NCBI GenBank assembly: GCA_027487075.1 | Contig: JAIYEG010000002.1 | Span: forward strand, 79,202 to 143,201 | Length of the DNA stretch: 64,000 nt | Direction of reading: 5' to 3' | Origin: a bacterium | Lineage (GTDB): Bacteria; Patescibacteriota; Minisyncoccia; Phycocordibacterales; CALRBL01 | Shown: in pieces, positions 30,434-38,876 of the stretch | How positions within the stretch are numbered: position 1 is the first letter of the stretch | How the letters are laid out: the number at the start of each line of letters is the position of its first letter | Program-made: the position numbers and the translations under genes | The notes under the pieces: generated by a model | Database searches by the model: none | Told to the model about the DNA's origin: nothing | The model's input: only the letters and a program-made list of their open reading frames with translations

Positions 30434-32197
30434 ATGAATTTACAACCATACTCAGCAATAAGTTTTGATGATTGCAATAAGTTAGCGCTTACACTTGCCA
30501 ACCTTATTATTTCACAAAGAACTGAACTTGTTACTTTACTTACAACATATGAAAGTCACGAGGTGGCTGAAGACGAAATTAGCAGATCATTGGATCTTTT
30601 ACAGAATCTTCATGAAAACAAGGAATATTTCAAATTTCGCGTAGGACAAATTGCCGCATTTCTTCCACGAAACCAACCTTTATATGCGTTTAGCTGTTTT
30701 GTAATTGTGCCAGCACTTCAGGCAAGTGAGGTGCATTTTCGTATTCCACATCCCATGAAGGGATTTTTCCCACAGCTTATGAAAATGTTGCGTATTGAGG
30801 AGTTGTTCCCTCATGTAAAACCATCACCAAAGGAGCGCATGGATTTCCTCAAGGAACGAACCTCATTGTATGTTCATAAAGAAACGGGTGAGACAAAACC
30901 TATCACGGACGCAGTTATTTTTACAGGAACTCCTGCACATGCCGACCAGCTACGTCTTGTGTTCGACAAGCGAACACTTTTCATTACAAACGGTGCTGGA
31001 CACAATCCAATTGTTATCGCAGAGGGAGCAGACATAAAAGAAGCCGTTCAAGCAGCTACCACCCTTATTTTATACAACCAAGGACAAGACTGTGCGGCAC
31101 CAAACTCTATTTTGGTTCACAAAAATGTGTACGAATGCTTTTTAAAACATCTCACTAAAACTCTTAGAAACGTGAAGATTGGTCCTTATCATGACCACAC
31201 TTCACAAGTTGGCCCTATTAGCGACAGTGATGACCTCGTAAGAATCCAAGAAATATTGGTCACACATCGTGAATGGATTCATGAGAGTACAAGAGGAGTA
31301 ATTCGCACCAAAGATTCGATTGTTGAACCAACCATCATTTGTAAACCACTTTCTGAGGGAGGAAATTATGACGAATCATTCGCTCCAATCTTCTTTGTAC
31401 AGCGATATGAAGAGGACGAAGATCTTGCTCAGTATTTTGAAAACAAGCGCTACGCCCAGCACGCTATGTACGTAACACTCTACGGAGAAAGTCCTTACAC
31501 TGAAAGCCTTGTCGACAAAAAATATGATGGACGTATCCTTCATAGTGAATCAACCTTCGTTAAAAACACCCATCTTCATGCTTACGGAATCGAACGAGGA
31601 GTGCAGCCATACGGAGGTTTCGGCTACGGCGCATCAAGCATCAGTATTAGTGGAAAAGTAATTGCGATCCCTACACTTCCACAGCGTGATATTTATGAAT
31701 GGGTTGCAGAGCCATACATCAGTGATAAAAATCTCCTCAAGAATCAAACTGAAAATCTTGAAATCAGAAACAAGCATATTGATAAGCTACTCAAATTCAA
31801 AACAGAGGTTCTTGATAAAAAGGATGTTCCTCTATATGCAGGTAAAACATTTTTTGACACAGCATCTCTCAAGGATGTAAAAGATAGGCGCTTTATCAAG
31901 GTAGAAGATAGATATATTCACCATCTTAATCAAACACCACATGTTGAGTTTATTGCCACACTCACTCCGATAGATATTGCAGACATTCGAAAACTTCTTG
32001 AACTTCTCAAAGAAAAGCACCAACATCCACTTGAAACATTCACTACTAAGCTCTACGCTGTTCCTCCAAAGGAAAAACAGCTTATATTCTTCCAAACACT
32101 CTACCATCTGCTGTTTAGTAAAAACTCAGGCCCAAAACTCGGTCACTTCCTGTGGGAAATTGATAACGATAGCATCTGGCACCTTTTGGATATATAA
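30434..32197 (+). CDS. aldehyde dehydrogenase-superfamily protein with C-terminal anticodon-binding-like domain
   Basis: PRNQP, FTG, NQGQDC, ESFAPI, PYGGFG; C-terminal FFQTLYHLLFSKNSGPKLGHFL. Confidence 0.75.
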   Translation: MNLQPYSAISFDDCNKLALTLANLIISQRTELVTLLTTYESHEVAEDEISRSLDLLQNLHENKEYFKFRVGQIAAFLPRNQPLYAFSCFVIVPALQASEVHFRIPHPMKGFFPQLMKMLRIEELFPHVKPSPKERMDFLKERTSLYVHKETGETKPITDAVIFTGTPAHADQLRLVFDKRTLFITNGAGHNPIVIAEGADIKEAVQAATTLILYNQGQDCAAPNSILVHKNVYECFLKHLTKTLRNVKIGPYHDHTSQVGPISDSDDLVRIQEILVTHREWIHESTRGVIRTKDSIVEPTIICKPLSEGGNYDESFAPIFFVQRYEEDEDLAQYFENKRYAQHAMYVTLYGESPYTESLVDKKYDGRILHSESTFVKNTHLHAYGIERGVQPYGGFGYGASSISISGKVIAIPTLPQRDIYEWVAEPYISDKNLLKNQTENLEIRNKHIDKLLKFKTEVLDKKDVPLYAGKTFFDTASLKDVKDRRFIKVEDRYIHHLNQTPHVEFIATLTPIDIADIRKLLELLKEKHQHPLETFTTKLYAVPPKEKQLIFFQTLYHLLFSKNSGPKLGHFLWEIDNDSIWHLLDI

Positions 32198-32208
32198 TTA
32201 CAACAATA

Positions 32209-33681
32209 ATGAGTAAACTTTTTAGACTTCTAAAAAATAGTAAAGGTCCAGTACTTCTTGGAATCACCATTGTGCTTGCAACCATTTTTGTAATTCTTTT
32301 TTCTTCTCGACTTCTCTATATACGTACGGTCGATCTTCTCACGGTGAATCTTCGAGAACGTATTCAGGCAATCTCTACAACTGCAGCAGCAACACTCAGT
32401 TATCAGGACATTGAAGCCCTACACAAAGAAGAGGATTGGTTGAAGCCTGAGTGGGCATATGTGGTTAACAAGCTCCATAGAATAAAGTATACAAATAAGG
32501 ATATTGTATTCATGTATATCTTTAGAAAAAATGCACAAGACCCAACAAAGATGGAATTTGTGGCTGATGCCGACTCAATTGATCCCTACGCAAACAGTGG
32601 TAGTGATATTTCAAAATATGTTGATGTAAATCGTGATGGAAAGGTTGAACCAGAAGGCCCAGATAAGCTCCAGTGGCCAGGACAACCGTATCCAGAGGCT
32701 GCAGATATTCCTGAAACATTCATAGCGTATGAGCGCCCCATTACCAGCAAAGACATTTACTCAGATGAATATGGTTCAGTTATTACTGGATATAGTCCTA
32801 TAAAAAATGATAACGGAGAAACCGTTGCTGTTCTTGCGGTAGACATGAAAGCTGACGACTTTCTAAAAATAACCACACAAACTCTTCAACCCTTCGTTAT
32901 TTTTATTGTATTTCTTACACTCACCATCTCTATTCTTACCATTATTCTTATGTTCTCTTGGCGAAGGTATGCTCATTTTCTTGAAGAGTCAAATAAAGAA
33001 AAGTCAGAATTTATCTCATTTGCTTCTCATCAAATTCGAACACCACTTACTTCTATCAGAGGCTTTTCATCCAACCTTCTTGAAGGAGATTATGGGAGTC
33101 TTCCACCACAAGTGCGTGAAATTATACTTAAAATACTGGTGAGATCGCAGGAAGTCGTTTCCCTCATCGGACAATACCTCGATAAGTCAAAAATGGAGCT
33201 CGGGCAGCTTGATTATGATTTTAAACCATTCGATATTACGAGTCTCACACAACAAATCGTAAACGAGTTTACTCCGGCAGCCCAGCAACAAGGAATTGAA
33301 TTGCGTTTTGATCAATCTAAAACACCAGATTGTGTCGTAAAAGGAGATCAAGGTAAAATCAAAGAACTTCTCAGCAACTTACTCGACAACTCTATTAAGT
33401 ATACGCCGAGCGGATATGTCGAGGTTACAATAGAAAAAAAGGATCAAAAAGCACTCGTATATATCAAAGACACAGGGGTAGGAATGAGCACTGATACCAT
33501 CAAGGGTCTTTTCCAAAAGTTTGGACGAGGTAAGGATGCAGCAAAGACGAATATTCTCGGAACAGGACTCGGACTCTATCTCGCACAAATATTCGCTGTT
33601 GCACATAAGGGTAAAGTTATAGCCCAGTCAGAAGGTGAGGGTAAAGGCTCAACATTCATTACCGAACTTCCTCTTGCATAG
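32209..33681 (+). CDS. membrane sensor histidine kinase
   Basis: Two TM helices; SHQIRTPLT, NLLDNSIKY, DTGVG, GTGLGL. Confidence 0.93.
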   Translation: MSKLFRLLKNSKGPVLLGITIVLATIFVILFSSRLLYIRTVDLLTVNLRERIQAISTTAAATLSYQDIEALHKEEDWLKPEWAYVVNKLHRIKYTNKDIVFMYIFRKNAQDPTKMEFVADADSIDPYANSGSDISKYVDVNRDGKVEPEGPDKLQWPGQPYPEAADIPETFIAYERPITSKDIYSDEYGSVITGYSPIKNDNGETVAVLAVDMKADDFLKITTQTLQPFVIFIVFLTLTISILTIILMFSWRRYAHFLEESNKEKSEFISFASHQIRTPLTSIRGFSSNLLEGDYGSLPPQVREIILKILVRSQEVVSLIGQYLDKSKMELGQLDYDFKPFDITSLTQQIVNEFTPAAQQQGIELRFDQSKTPDCVVKGDQGKIKELLSNLLDNSIKYTPSGYVEVTIEKKDQKALVYIKDTGVGMSTDTIKGLFQKFGRGKDAAKTNILGTGLGLYLAQIFAVAHKGKVIAQSEGEGKGSTFITELPLA

Positions 33682-33684
33682 GAA

Positions 33685-33714
33685 AAGCGGCAGTCGAGTG
33701 AACGACTGCCGCTT
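33685..33714. terminator. hairpin between convergent genes
   Basis: AAGCGGCAGTCG...CGACTGCCGCTT. Confidence 0.8.
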
Positions 33715-33732
33715 AAGCGATGACTCTTCCCG

Positions 33733-34083
33733 TTACTTGATGTGAAGCATCACCACTGACGCAATTCCCATACACAGTCCAATCAGTTGAGTACCGGACA
33801 TATTTTGGTAATCGCGCTGGAAGATGATTCCAACCAAGACAGTGCCGATGATCAGCATCCCGTCAATCTTTCCTGAGGCAGTAGACAGTCCACCACCTTG
33901 TTGGGTCACCACGCCGAACGTGATGAACACCAAAGGAGAGACAACGAGGAGTGCGAAAAGCCAGGCATTGTACCAGCCGTGCTCATTCACATTCGACGCC
34001 CATCGTTGACCGATGAGGTTGCCGAAAATGGCAAAAGCGACCGCAGCGAGGGTTGAGATCCAGGAGACGAGAGTTGTATTCAT
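33733..34083 (-). CDS. SMR/DMT-like four-TM membrane protein
   Basis: 116 aa, four TM segments; TTGACA-N17-TATAGT upstream on the minus strand. Confidence 0.65.
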   Translation of the reverse strand: MNTTLVSWISTLAAVAFAIFGNLIGQRWASNVNEHGWYNAWLFALLVVSPLVFITFGVVTQQGGGLSTASGKIDGMLIIGTVLVGIIFQRDYQNMSGTQLIGLCMGIASVVMLHIK

Positions 34084-34170
34084 GAGCTATTTCAATAAAA
34101 CTATAGTACAAAATATTTGACATGTCAAACAGGTGTGGAGCTCGACGAAAAGAAATGCTAGTATAGCTTC

Positions 34171-35397
34171 ATGTTAGACACACTATTCAACCGCATTTCA
34201 GCCGACTGGCGAGGCATGCCTCCAGAAGAATTGTTGGGATATATTCGACCAAAGTGTCAGGAAATTTTGCCTTTAGAGCAACTCAAAACCCTCCTTGCAT
34301 CAGGTGCAAAACTCAAAATCAAGCTCGGCGTCGACGCCACAGGATCAGATCTCCATATTGGCCACATCGTGCCACTCATGCTCCTTCGCCAATTCCAGAA
34401 AGCAGGGCACCACATCGACTTCATCATCGGTGACTTCACCGCAACCATTGGCGATCCATCTGGCCGTGAAAGCGAACGCAAGGCACTCACCGCATCTGAA
34501 GTGAAGAAGAATGCAAAAGGCTTCACCGCACAGATCAAGCCATACCTCGACACGCGCAAAGCAAACGTGCACTTCAATTCAAAGTGGCTCTCGAAGATGA
34601 AGATGTCTGACATGATTAGCTACCTCCAACATGTGAGCATGTCATCAGCAACGCAGCGAGAAGACTTCCGCAAGCGCTTGACTGCGGGAAATTCGGTGAG
34701 TCTCGCCGAGACAATCTACGGCTTTCTCATGGGGCTTGATTCGCTCCACCTCAAGAGCAACATCGAAGTCGGCGCTATCGACCAACTCATCAACTTTCAG
34801 CAGTGCCGAGAGCTCATGTCATCACAGGGTATAACTCCTGAAACCGTACTCTGCGTAGCACTCATCGAGGGAACAGATGGTTCGGGAAGAAAGATGTCAA
34901 AGTCGGTCGGCAACACTATCAATCTGAATGCATCATTCGAAGACAAGTTCGGCAAAGTCATGAGCATTCCCGACAAGCTCATCTTGCCGTGGTATATCGC
35001 ATTCACCGACGTGCACGAGAATGAGATCGAACTCTTGAAGAAAGCTATTGAAGCAGATCCGCTCGAGATGAAGAAGCAGCTCGGCATGCTTCTCATTGCA
35101 CTTGAAACGAAGAGCCTGAAAGAAGGACAAATAGAGCGAGAGAAGTTCGAGCGAAAGTTCACGAAGAAAGAGCTGAGCGATGATGACTTTGTGGAAGTGA
35201 AAGCTGAAGCGCACCACACCCTTTTTGACGCACTCGTTCCACACTTTGAAAGCAAGAGTGAACTCCGACGACTGTTTGAACAAGGAGCAGTGAAGCATGC
35301 TGATACTGAGCATGTGCTTACGATAGATTCAACGATTCAGAACAATATGAAGGTGAGGGTGGGGAAGAGGGGGTTTTTTAGGATAATTAACTACTAA
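34171..35397 (+). CDS. tyrS: tyrosine--tRNA ligase
   Basis: KLGVDAT...LHIGH, IGDPSG, KMSKS, S4-like C-terminus. Confidence 0.95.
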   Translation: MLDTLFNRISADWRGMPPEELLGYIRPKCQEILPLEQLKTLLASGAKLKIKLGVDATGSDLHIGHIVPLMLLRQFQKAGHHIDFIIGDFTATIGDPSGRESERKALTASEVKKNAKGFTAQIKPYLDTRKANVHFNSKWLSKMKMSDMISYLQHVSMSSATQREDFRKRLTAGNSVSLAETIYGFLMGLDSLHLKSNIEVGAIDQLINFQQCRELMSSQGITPETVLCVALIEGTDGSGRKMSKSVGNTINLNASFEDKFGKVMSIPDKLILPWYIAFTDVHENEIELLKKAIEADPLEMKKQLGMLLIALETKSLKEGQIEREKFERKFTKKELSDDDFVEVKAEAHHTLFDALVPHFESKSELRRLFEQGAVKHADTEHVLTIDSTIQNNMKVRVGKRGFFRIINY

Positions 35398-36480
35398 ATG
35401 AAGCTTTTTTCTAAAAGAAACAAACCAATATCAAATCATGGATTTGCTTATAGACCGAATAGATTTCATGAAGTTAGCACTATTGGCAACAGATACAGAC
35501 TAGTTTCTAAAGAAACTAGGAATAGAATGGTTTCTGAAATAAAGTTCTTAACATCTAGTGATGATTTTCTAGAGTGGTTTATTTTATTTGAAAATGAAGA
35601 TAAAGGAAAAATTTTTTTTGATAAAAATAAAATTGATAAATTTTCATTATCTGAATTAGGTTACAAAATGTCTGATTTTTTCGATTTTGAAGATTTTGCA
35701 ATGTTAAAACAACGACAAAAACCTGATGATCCCGAAACAGAGTATTTAGACGATTACAAACTTTTTGATATAGCGGAAATTACAATACTATTTTCATTGG
35801 ATAATAAAAGAAGTGCAGTTATAGATAGATTCAATTCTATATTCATTGAAGAGGACACTGATTTTCAAATAATAGAACATCTTATCACCCGTAAATCTGG
35901 TGACAGTATAAAAACATTGCTAAATTTGTTAAAAGACGAAAATTTAAAAAAGAAATTAAAAATGTTTTTTGAATCGTACGATAACTACGATTTTATTAAT
36001 TCTGCTAAAACATCGGCTGATATTCTTAATATTATATTTTCGGATTATATAAAAAATGAGAAATCAAAAAAGATTTCTGAATTATGTAACAAATTAGCTG
36101 ATAAGATTGTAGTGTCAGATACCAAAGGAGATAAGAGAAAAAGATTCCTTGAGTACATGAACGATTTACTTAAGTTATCTAAAAACTTAAGTAATGATAT
36201 CTATGATGTTCGTCATACTGAAAAATCAACAATAATACTTTCTAATGAAAATATCTATAAGTTAATTTCGAATCAAAACATATCTTTAGTTGAGCTAGTA
36301 TTAACCACATTGAAAGATGACTATGTTCTTGGAGATAACTGGGAAAAAATTAAAGACGATTACATTACGAAATATAATATTAATAAATTATCAAGACAAG
36401 TAATTAAAAAGAGAGTTATTCCTACAATTTTAAAAAGCAACGTGGATGACGAGATCGATCCGGATGACATTCCATTTTAA
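35398..36480 (+). CDS. AT-rich hypothetical protein with SSB-like acidic tail
   Basis: 360-aa ORF, markedly AT-rich, ending DEIDPDDIPF. Confidence 0.8.
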   Translation: MKLFSKRNKPISNHGFAYRPNRFHEVSTIGNRYRLVSKETRNRMVSEIKFLTSSDDFLEWFILFENEDKGKIFFDKNKIDKFSLSELGYKMSDFFDFEDFAMLKQRQKPDDPETEYLDDYKLFDIAEITILFSLDNKRSAVIDRFNSIFIEEDTDFQIIEHLITRKSGDSIKTLLNLLKDENLKKKLKMFFESYDNYDFINSAKTSADILNIIFSDYIKNEKSKKISELCNKLADKIVVSDTKGDKRKRFLEYMNDLLKLSKNLSNDIYDVRHTEKSTIILSNENIYKLISNQNISLVELVLTTLKDDYVLGDNWEKIKDDYITKYNINKLSRQVIKKRVIPTILKSNVDDEIDPDDIPF

Positions 36481-36523
36481 TTTTACAAGACAAAATCCCC
36501 AATTTGTGCTATAGTCTTTCTCT

Positions 36524-38017
36524 ATGTCAGGCCCCCACAACAACCGTCCTACCGTCATTCGGTTCGACAATACGAGCTTCGAATTCGGTCACAATCACCC
36601 CATCCTGAAGGAGGTCAATTTCAACGTGCGTGCGGGATCAAAGATCACTATCATGGGTCAAAACGGCGCCGGCAAAAGCACCATCTTCAAACTCATCGAG
36701 GGCATCTATCAACCCGAAGAAGGATTCATTCATATTCAGCAAGGCGCAACCATCGCTACGGCAAAGCAGGTCATACCTCGTGACGAGCTCGACCTTTCGG
36801 TCACTGCTTTTTTTGAAAAAGCCCTTGCACGCGTATCTGACAAGAAGATCTATGACATCGACCGTCGCATCGCAAAGGTGCTTGAGATCGTGAACCTCCA
36901 CATCGACCCCGCACTCTACGCAGAGCGCATCGTGCGTTCATTTTCTGGTGGTCAGCAAGCACGTCTTCTCTTGGCATCTGCCATCATCCAGGATCCTGAC
37001 ATTCTTCTGTTGGACGAGCCGACTAACAACCTCGACCATGCCGGCATCGAACATCTCAAGACCTTCATCAAGAACTACAAGAAAACTATTCTCGTTATTT
37101 CCCACGATGCAGAATTTTTGAATTCATTCACCGAAGGCGTGCTGTATCTTGATGTACACACACAGAAAGTGGAACAGTACACCGGAAACTATTACGACCT
37201 CCTCAAAGAGATCACTGCTCGTATCGAAAAGGAAAATCGCGCTAACGCACTTCGTGCAAAAGAAATCCAAGAGAACAAAGACAAGGCGAACTTCTTTGCC
37301 AACAAAGGAGGACAGATGCGCCTCGTCGCCAAGCGCATGCGCGAAAAAGCAGAAGAACTCGAAGAGGAGATGGTGGACGTGCGCAAGGAAGACAAGACAA
37401 TTCGCTCATTCAGTATTCCTTCGCAGCAGGAGTTTGTGGGACCATTGGTGACTATTGAGTCATATAGCATCATCAGCCCGAAGACCCACAAGCCCGTGAC
37501 ACGAAAGTGCGACATCAGCCTCAACAAGAAGCAGCACCTTCTTCTCAAGGGTCCGAACGGTATCGGCAAGAGCACACTCCTTGAGACGCTTGCTTCAGGC
37601 AAAGCAAAAGGTGTGACCATCACTGAAGGAGTGCGCGTCGGCTACTACCGACAGGATTTCTCAACACTCGACTTCGAGCACACCGTATACGAATCGCTGC
37701 GCGAAGCGAATGAAACGACAAGTGACGACAATTTTCGCAGCACGGCAGCAGGGTTCCTCATCGGAGGCGACATGATGAAAAAGAAAGTGGGCATGCTCTC
37801 TGAAGGACAGAAGGGGCTTGTGGCGTTTGCTCGCCTCGTACTCCAAAAGCCGGGACTTCTCATCTTGGACGAGCCGACCAACCACATCAACTTCCGCCAC
37901 ATTCCTGTGATTGCAAAAGCCCTCGATACATACGAAGGTGCCATGATCCTCGTGAGTCACGTACCAGAGTTCGTAGAGCAAATCCGCATTGATGAGACGT
38001 TGGATTTGGAGAAATAA
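36524..38017 (+). CDS. ABC-F family ATPase
   Basis: Two NBDs (GQNGAGKS, GPNGIGKS), LDEPTNN and LDEPTNH, inter-domain linker, no TM segments. Confidence 0.93.
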   Translation: MSGPHNNRPTVIRFDNTSFEFGHNHPILKEVNFNVRAGSKITIMGQNGAGKSTIFKLIEGIYQPEEGFIHIQQGATIATAKQVIPRDELDLSVTAFFEKALARVSDKKIYDIDRRIAKVLEIVNLHIDPALYAERIVRSFSGGQQARLLLASAIIQDPDILLLDEPTNNLDHAGIEHLKTFIKNYKKTILVISHDAEFLNSFTEGVLYLDVHTQKVEQYTGNYYDLLKEITARIEKENRANALRAKEIQENKDKANFFANKGGQMRLVAKRMREKAEELEEEMVDVRKEDKTIRSFSIPSQQEFVGPLVTIESYSIISPKTHKPVTRKCDISLNKKQHLLLKGPNGIGKSTLLETLASGKAKGVTITEGVRVGYYRQDFSTLDFEHTVYESLREANETTSDDNFRSTAAGFLIGGDMMKKKVGMLSEGQKGLVAFARLVLQKPGLLILDEPTNHINFRHIPVIAKALDTYEGAMILVSHVPEFVEQIRIDETLDLEK

Positions 38018-38037
38018 AATCTTTCTCAAATCGAGTC

Positions 38038-38118
38038 TTGACTTAACCCTTTTATTAACTACAATGCAGGTACATTCGGCATTCGCCGCGACCCCGCCCG
38101 CAAGGGCGGGGAATTTTA
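38038..38118 (+). ncRNA. promoter plus ~45-nt two-hairpin RNA convergent with pemK
   Basis: TTGACT-N16-TACAAT; CGGC-ATTC-GCCG; CCCCGCCC-GCAA-GGGCGGGG followed by AATTTT. Confidence 0.5.
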
Positions 38119-38505
38119 TTTATATAAGGAATGAAACTGTGCTTTTACTTTTTTAAAATCATTTCCATCAACTTGACCGAGGCGAGTAAAAAGTCTTCTG
38201 TAATCTATAGTTCGCACCCGGTGTAAACAAACCTTCATTTCTGTATTATCTAAAATTAATGGTACATACCATGATCCTTCTTTTATCTGAGTAGTCGTAG
38301 GCGCAACCAAGTAGAAACCACGAGCTAATTTCTTAAGAATCAAACCAGGTCTTGTATAAACAGAGCTTTTACCATTAATTTCAGAACCAATATTTTGACC
38401 AAAACTTATCCACCATATATCCCTTTCACTGACCAACGGAGGAGAAGCTTCGACTGAATGCAGTTTTACCTTTACTGCTATCCACTTTAAAAACACATCA
38501 ATCAT
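38116..38505 (-). CDS. PemK/MazF-family endoribonuclease toxin (no protein antitoxin adjacent)
   Basis: RDIWW...GQNIGSEINGK...RPGLI...VAPTT...RTIDYRRL. Confidence 0.88.
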   Translation of the reverse strand: MIDVFLKWIAVKVKLHSVEASPPLVSERDIWWISFGQNIGSEINGKSSVYTRPGLILKKLARGFYLVAPTTTQIKEGSWYVPLILDNTEMKVCLHRVRTIDYRRLFTRLGQVDGNDFKKVKAQFHSLYK

Positions 38506-38601
38506 GTACTCATTTTAGAGTATGGGAGTAAAATGCTACCGAATATATCTTCAGTTTATCCTAAATTTGGAGAAATAATCTCCTCATGTCAGGATATACA
38601 C

Positions 38602-38876
38602 GGAACCTCTTACGTGTGAGAGTAACACGTCGATAATCGACCTGAGCCACAATGTCGGCCGTATCTATAACGGTCCGGTGGAAGGAAGAGTCTGCGGCCT
38701 ATCAGCTAGTTGGTGTGACGTAGTAAGTAGCGTCGAGCGAAGATGACGTCGAGTCCAGGTTCACCTGGAGGAGGGTAAATGCCTACCAAGGCTATGACGG
38801 GTAGCGAGAACAGAAGATGAACTCGCCTCACACAAGGGAATCCCGGCGGCGTGTCATGTACACGCCGCCGCTTTTT
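38602..38876 (+). ncRNA. 16S rRNA 5'-domain-like RNA (h7/h11/h12 mimic or relic) with terminator
   Basis: GAGTAACACGT; GCGGCCTATCAGCTAGTTGGT; AGGGTAAATGCCTACCAAGGCTATGACGGGTAGC; closed by GTGTGAG/CTCACAC; terminator 38844-38876. Confidence 0.8.

Noticed and set aside
38671-38690. SRP RNA (GGTCCGG..GGAAGGAAG)
   Set aside because: It lacks the CAGG...GGAA...AGCAG domain IV arrangement, and these bases are explained by the h7-like pairing.
38602-38876. Functional 16S rRNA gene
   Set aside because: Only about 240 nt; h1-h6 and everything after h12 are absent, and it is bounded by protein genes and a terminator.
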